Of a DNA stretch of 64,000 nucleotides, positions 59,801-64,000 are shown piece by piece. The notes below the pieces were generated by a model. That model worked only from the letters and a program-made list of their open reading frames with translations. It was not told where the DNA came from and did not search any database. This DNA comes from Deltaproteobacteria bacterium (GTDB lineage: Bacteria; Desulfobacterota; Syntrophia; Syntrophales; JAFGHS01): positions 17,067 to 81,066 of the forward strand of contig JAFGLN010000023.1 in NCBI GenBank assembly GCA_016928025.1, given 5' to 3'. The translations under genes were made by a program, and so were the position numbers. How positions within the stretch are numbered: the stretch's first letter is position 1; each line of letters opens with the position of its first letter.

Positions 59801-61084
59801 GTGGAAGTTCCCCTTAGCGGAAAGGCTTATGTTTTGGGTCCTCCGGCGCTATTGCTGCGGAAAACCGGCCAGAAAACGAGTTATGCGGCGGGCGATGACG
59901 GGGACCTGCAAAAGGGTGTCGATTGGCCGGAGCCGCGCTTCGTCGACAACCACGACGGCACCATCACGGACCTCCTGACAGGTCTCATGTGGCTCAAGCA
60001 TAGTAACTGTTCGGCGGCCATCGGCCTGGGAACCTATTATTTCGGCGAATTAACGTGGCAGGAGGCTCTCGATTTTGTGGCGGGCATCAACGATAGGACT
60101 TACAACATTGCCGCCTGCGGCGGTTACACGGCCAACTATACGGACTGGCGCCTGCCGAATGCCAATGAGATGCGCAGCCTCTACACCGCCGATCTGACGT
60201 TGGGCGGGAGCGATCAGCTGAAGGCCTGGGGTTTCATCCCCTGGCACGCGCCCCTGGGCGGGGATCAGCAATGGTGGTCATCTACGACCCTCGCCGCCAA
60301 TAACATTTGTGCCTTTACCGGATGGATAAGATTAAATCCGATAGGCAGCAACAGAAAGGTGCCGGAGCGTTATTCTACTTCTTATACACAAGCCTGGCCA
60401 GTCCGCGATGCCGGCATTACCCCCGTAGTGCCGGTTGCACGGACAGGTCAGTCCCAGTGCTACGACAGTCAGGGCAACACCATCGATTGTCTCGGCACCG
60501 GCCAGGACGGCGAGTTGCGTAAAGGGATTGCCTGGCCCTGGCCCTCTCCCCGGTTTCTCGACCACGGCGACGGGACGGTGACGGATCTTCTGACCCATCT
60601 CATGTGGATTAAGGACGCCGATCTGCTGGAAAGCGACTGGGACTATGCCCTGGACGACATCGCCGATCTCAATGCCGAAGCCTATCTGGGACATACGGAC
60701 TGGCGGATGCCGAACGCCGAAGAAATGTTCAGCCTCAAAGACTTTACCAGTACGAATAATATTTGGGCCCTGCCGGCGGACCATCCCTTCATCAATGTCC
60801 AGATAAGATATTGGACATCAACAGCCTACAATGCGGCAAAGCGATTGTACTTTGATCGACGCTATGGCTTGTTCGGCTGTTATGATGCAGAGGAAGCGGT
60901 GAGTGTCTGGATCGTTCGGGGCGGACCGAAGCCCTATTTCATGGAAGATGCCATCGTTGTCCTGAAGATCCTGACCGGAATGGATACGTCTATCCCCTCC
61001 AGGATCAAAGACATCAACGGCAACGGCACCATCGACCTGGCGGAGGCGATCTTTATCCTGCAAACGTTAATAGATAGCCGATAA
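56810..61084 (+). CDS. large secreted/surface protein: SBBP beta-propeller repeats, DUF11, ASH/Ig-like domain, 2x DUF1566 (Lcl), dockerin-like tail
   Basis: FEPNEGQ/YPGID N-domain; repeated STYLGG and IAVD..G..YV.G.T.S.DFP; DLALT...YTLTVEN.GP; two copies of RF.D..DGT.TD.LT.LMW...Y.DWR.PN..E; DINGNG.IDLAEAI. ATG 56810 after GGAGG. Confidence 0.88.
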   Translation: MSAHKTQGFGYALKKCRWSDLRLFSSRMLSTMTFMGAFFILAMMAIPVSATTDDHKTLMQLPSNGEADETLDRLPLMFEPNEGQAVGGIRYIARCPGATLYFHDGAVDIIVRRQGSGSRSVSSVGKAVVSAARERIRMRLVGARPFPQIEPVGKLPGEVNYFKGPDPAKWRTGIPTYRKIKYTSVYPGIDLVFYGNARMLEYDFIIRPGADPSQVRIAFDGAKEEWITEDGALVMSTRGGDRVLQHKPVVYQDVKGCRKVVNGEYRSRGRGLYGFDVAAYDSKQPLIIDPGFQFSSYIGGTDEDSGGKEWVRGIAVGADGGVYIGGMTTATDFPAISQIPGAANDSSVTVEHDAWVAKVHRSGTFLEWSTILGGIGSDTIWSLALDSGDNVVVAGTGSSYFPEVKKLYTDGGMFVTRIKSDGTELLFSTRFGGSGDGFAAAVAVDDEDNIYITGYTEAEDFPVTVGAFQTQLKKDDPQFAQDAYVMKIDPAEPKVVYSTYIGGSSYDWGRGIAVDGEGCAYIAGETASTDYPVAHAYQGAHAGGAYDCMVTKLTADGSGLAYSTFLGSADGGAGSASERCSAIAVDAAGQAYVTGITKSETFPTVNPVQGSCGGDVDAFIAGFAADGSGPLFSTYLGGAKMDHGYAIAVDAQGYVYVGGHTTSNTDFPLVDAAQPNFGMGVTDPKDWWDGFVTVYTPGGAGLHFSTYLGGNNWDTVSTLAVDTAGAIYVGGQTTSQTFPVVGGIDFPGGSFPKQNSLQGVYDGFVTKFGSIYSAYLIFSDLALTHEENADPVRVGDALVYTLTVENKGPDIAANATLKGVLSGVFDSVTPTPSVGSCTGGAAFLCELGDLDPDTTATVTLTAVPARIGTAGLEAFAYSDSGDTNTDNNDITEETDLIPASDLIPDPTCAVLRSTEAGRRSPVQTFLITNSAGVNRTVGEISLSGEDAAEFQLDSDTCSGMTLAPDAHCSVGVVMAPVAAGDKEALLNIPSDDSRFPVVEVPLSGKAYVLGPPALLLRKTGQKTSYAAGDDGDLQKGVDWPEPRFVDNHDGTITDLLTGLMWLKHSNCSAAIGLGTYYFGELTWQEALDFVAGINDRTYNIAACGGYTANYTDWRLPNANEMRSLYTADLTLGGSDQLKAWGFIPWHAPLGGDQQWWSSTTLAANNICAFTGWIRLNPIGSNRKVPERYSTSYTQAWPVRDAGITPVVPVARTGQSQCYDSQGNTIDCLGTGQDGELRKGIAWPWPSPRFLDHGDGTVTDLLTHLMWIKDADLLESDWDYALDDIADLNAEAYLGHTDWRMPNAEEMFSLKDFTSTNNIWALPADHPFINVQIRYWTSTAYNAAKRLYFDRRYGLFGCYDAEEAVSVWIVRGGPKPYFMEDAIVVLKILTGMDTSIPSRIKDINGNGTIDLAEAIFILQTLIDSR

Positions 61085-61099
61085 AAGGCCGAAAAGGCC

Positions 61100-61163
61100 G
61101 GGGTCAGGTCTTGCGTTTTGCCTTGGACAGACGCAGGAAAGGCAAAAAGCAAGACCTGACCCC
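61100..61163. repeat. REP-like palindromic element between convergent genes
   Basis: GGGGTCAGGTCTTGCgTTTTGCC...GGCAAAAaGCAAGACCTGACCCC; arms of about 23 bp with one mismatch. Confidence 0.7.
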
Positions 61164-61168
61164 TTAAC

Positions 61169-62407
61169 CTAAACTGATTCCACGACGGTGGCAATGCCGA
61201 GACCGCCCCCGCCGCACATCATCTGGATTGCCGCCCGGCCTTTGGTGCGCTTCAGGTGATGGACCATCTCTGCAAAATAAACGCCCCCGGAGGCCCCGAT
61301 GGGATGGCCTAGGGCGATGGCGCCGCCGGTGGGGTTGACGCGGGGGTCCAGGCGGCCGTAGCCCAGCTCGTCGGCGAATTGCAGCAGGGGTGAGGCGAAG
61401 GCCTCATTTGGTTCGATGATGTCCATCTCGTCCATGGTTTTGCCGACCCGCTTCAGGGCTTTTCTCGCCGCCGTGATGGGCGCCAGCAGCATCGGCATGG
61501 GGTCGCCTCCCGATACGGCGCAGGCCGTGATTTTGCAGAGTGGCTCCAACTCCCACTTTTCGGCCTTGTCGGCGCTCATGAGGAGGCAGGCCGCGGCGCC
61601 GTCGACGATCTGCGATGAATTGCCCGCCGTGACCCTGCCGCCTTCTTTAAAGGCCGGCTTGAGCCTTGCCAGGTCCACCAGAAAACCGTCCGGATCATCC
61701 ACGGCCTTGGGCCGAAGGACTTCATCCCTTTCGCATCGCCGAGTCTGGTCTTCCCATACGTAATCAAAAGGAATGAGATGATCGGCGAACCAGCCGTTGT
61801 GATCCGCTAGGACGGCGCTCTGCATGCTCTTTAAGGCGAACCGGTCCAGATCCTCCCTTGAGTGCTTCTGGTCTTCCGAGATGATTTCGGCGCAAAGCCC
61901 TTGGGGCACGGACATTCCGCCTGCTTCGTCAAAGCGTGCCGACAGGCGGACCGGCAGACCGGCCTGCGACGCGGCCGTTAAATCAGACCCCATGCCATAA
62001 TGCGACATCACCTCCACACCGCCGCAGATAATAATGTCTCCTTCGCCCAGCATGATTTCATGGGTGGCGATATTGATGGCTTTCAGTCCGGCGTTGCAAT
62101 ATTGATTGACCGTGCAGGCCGCCGCTTCCTTCGTGATCCCGGCCAAAAGTGCTGCGACCCGGGCGATGTTAAGCCCCTGTTCGCCGATTTGGCTCAAACA
62201 GCCGACAATGACGTCTTCAACTTCGTCCTCATTGAATTTTGAAGATTTGGCATGGACCCGGTCCAATAAGCCCCGTAGCGTATGGGCCAGCAGGTCCTGG
62301 GCCGATGCCTGACAGAGTTGACCGTTCTTTTCCATGCCCCTGACGCCTGATTTTCCAATGGGGGATCTGACCGCGTCAATGACAACCACTTCTTGTAGGC
62401 GTACCAT
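61169..62407 (-). CDS. thiolase (acetyl-CoA C-acyltransferase)
   Basis: TVNQYC, NEAFA, GHPIGASG and MCGGGG catalytic motifs. Confidence 0.95.
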   Translation of the reverse strand: MVRLQEVVVIDAVRSPIGKSGVRGMEKNGQLCQASAQDLLAHTLRGLLDRVHAKSSKFNEDEVEDVIVGCLSQIGEQGLNIARVAALLAGITKEAAACTVNQYCNAGLKAINIATHEIMLGEGDIIICGGVEVMSHYGMGSDLTAASQAGLPVRLSARFDEAGGMSVPQGLCAEIISEDQKHSREDLDRFALKSMQSAVLADHNGWFADHLIPFDYVWEDQTRRCERDEVLRPKAVDDPDGFLVDLARLKPAFKEGGRVTAGNSSQIVDGAAACLLMSADKAEKWELEPLCKITACAVSGGDPMPMLLAPITAARKALKRVGKTMDEMDIIEPNEAFASPLLQFADELGYGRLDPRVNPTGGAIALGHPIGASGGVYFAEMVHHLKRTKGRAAIQMMCGGGGLGIATVVESV

Positions 62408-62711
62408 TTTACAATCCTCCCTTCTTCAATTGTTCGTAATTATTACTACGAACATTGTGACTGGTGGCAACTGAGGGTGACAAGTGTTTAATTTCTTCGT
62501 AATCGTTCCCTGTCATATATGATTTTTATGCCTTGCGGTATCTTCACGAGGTTATGAGATGATAACGTTTTCCTTTGCGCGTAAACAGTTGAAAGGTTGG
62601 CTTGTAAAGTAATGAATTCTGAAAATGAGGACCGCCCCTTCCCGGCTTCTCCTTATCCGGTGAAGTCAGGAAGGGAAACATTTCGATGCATCCGGTGAAC
62701 GTTTTGGCAAA

Positions 62712-63509
62712 CTAAAAACGGATCGCGCCGCCGCACACGCTCAGGCATTGACCGGTAACGTAATCGCCCAAATCCGTGACGAAAAACTCCATCACCTTGG
62801 CGATGTCCTCCGGTTCGGCGAGGCGTCCCAGGGGCACCTGGGCGATGGTTTTTTCCCGGTTGCCGGGCCGGCTGTAGGCGATGGCTTCCAGACGACCGGT
62901 GCTGACGTAGGCCGGGGCCAGGCAGTTGACTGTGATGCCGAAGGGCCCCAATTCCTGGGCCAGATAGCGGGTGTAGGCAATGATGCCCGCCTTGGCGACG
63001 CCGTACGGCGCATAAAAGCCGCCATCCTGGGCGCGCATCCCCGCCTGTGACGAGGTGGTGACGATCCGCCCCCATTTTTGCTCCTTCATGGACGGCGCGA
63101 CGGCCTGGCAGCAGAAGATGGTGCCCATGAGATTGCGGTCGAGGGTCGCATGAAGGTCTTTCTCCGATACGATGGACGCAAAGCTGTTGGGGATGTCTCC
63201 CGTTCCCCCTCCGGCATTGTTGATGAGGATGTCGATATGTCCAAACTCGACCAGCGCCTGTTTGACCATGGCGTTCACCTCGTCTTTTTTGCCGACATCC
63301 GCTTCAATGCCGATGGACCGGACGCCCACGGCCCGGCATTCATCCATGACCGTGGGGGCCGTAATCTTTTCGTCGAATTCCTTGAAGGCCTCCAGATTGA
63401 TATCGTTGATGATGACATCCGCCCCGAGGCGGGCCAGACGCACGGCATGGGCCCGGCCGATCGCCCTGGCCGCACCCGTTACCAGAGCTACTTTTCCTTT
63501 GAGTTTCAC
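62712..63509 (-). CDS. SDR family oxidoreductase (paralog of 51912-52769)
   Basis: TGAARAIG, NNAGG and YGVAK motifs; GTG start after AGGAGG. Confidence 0.93.
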   Translation of the reverse strand: MKLKGKVALVTGAARAIGRAHAVRLARLGADVIINDINLEAFKEFDEKITAPTVMDECRAVGVRSIGIEADVGKKDEVNAMVKQALVEFGHIDILINNAGGGTGDIPNSFASIVSEKDLHATLDRNLMGTIFCCQAVAPSMKEQKWGRIVTTSSQAGMRAQDGGFYAPYGVAKAGIIAYTRYLAQELGPFGITVNCLAPAYVSTGRLEAIAYSRPGNREKTIAQVPLGRLAEPEDIAKVMEFFVTDLGDYVTGQCLSVCGGAIRF

Positions 63510-63621
63510 ATAAACCTCCTTTGAAGCTTTTCAGTCACTGTGTATTTCGCAACGGCGGTTTTTCATCAGCGGTCGAACCGACGTAATTTTATAAGGGTTC
63601 GTTGCTGAATCGGTTGTTCGT

Positions 63622-64000
63622 TCAGAAATGGTTTTCCTTTTCCAGGATCAATTCCACGGCGGCACCCGTCCGGTCCTTGCCCGCGCTGCAATGAATCAGT
63701 ACCGGCTTTTCGATGGCCTGATAGGCCGTCCAGACGGCGGCCATTTCATCCTCGTCCAGGGGATGCTCTTTGTGATTCTCCACGGGAATCACGTGGGCCG
63801 CAAGTTCGCTGGCCTGATAAAGATCCAGCAAATCGCCGTCGTCGGCATAATATAAAAGCTCATCGCTGGTCATCAGACAGATGACGGAGCGAATGCCGTG
63901 AGATTTCCAAGATTCAATTTTTGATAAGACAACGTCCTTTTCCACATAGCGGCTTGGGTACCCGGGACGCTCCGAGCGCGCAAGCTTTCCATTGATTGCC
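63622..64000 (-). CDS. dual-specificity/tyrosine protein phosphatase, 5' end outside the window
   Basis: HCSAGKDRTG P-loop; frame stays open to the edge (AINGKLARSERPGYP...). Confidence 0.88.
   Translation of the reverse strand, partial: AINGKLARSERPGYPSRYVEKDVVLSKIESWKSHGIRSVICLMTSDELLYYADDGDLLDLYQASELAAHVIPVENHKEHPLDEDEMAAVWTAYQAIEKPVLIHCSAGKDRTGAAVELILEKENHF

Noticed and set aside
56810-61084. Complete diversity-generating retroelement
   Set aside because: No reverse transcriptase, Avd or AAC-rich template repeat in the window; only a possible remote target.

Overview
64-kb window of a bacterial chromosome, most likely from an anaerobic deltaproteobacterium (Syntrophales-like; inferred from gene content, not from a search). 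1-25.6 kb is almost entirely minus-strand core genes: M16 peptidase (partial), pnp, rpsO, truB, DHH, rbfA, DUF503, infB, nusA, rimP, a HEAT protein, tRNA-Gly(CCC), hisD, murA, prmC, prfA, rpmE, rho, pgeF, rluD, selA, a lytic transglycosylase and a short S1 protein. 25.8-36.7 kb is a molybdo/seleno-enzyme block: a ModE-like regulator, a selenocysteine formate dehydrogenase (the ORF track splits it at the in-frame UGA; a SECIS hairpin follows), a Mop-type aldehyde oxidoreductase, and a SufS-like/NifU-like/XdhC/MocA-HD maturation cluster. 36.8-64 kb is a mosaic accessory region with pseudogene remnants, dapL, a TMTC-like TPR membrane protein, a GntR-TPP-SDR unit, a PEP-CTERM protein with a sigma54 promoter, a large SBBP/DUF1566 surface protein, a thiolase and a second SDR. 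Top candidates: (1) a 395-aa 'hypothetical' protein (54243-55430) carrying all RelA/SpoT synthetase motifs in order but with altered acceptor-site residues; (2) a structured non-coding segment and three ModE-type boxes upstream of the Sec-FDH; (3) a divergent desulfurase/scaffold pair inside the aldehyde oxidoreductase maturation operon; (4) compositionally anomalous variable segments in the two DUF1566 domains. I saw no rRNA, CRISPR array, integrase, reverse transcriptase or intact transposase. All family calls come from reading motifs by eye.
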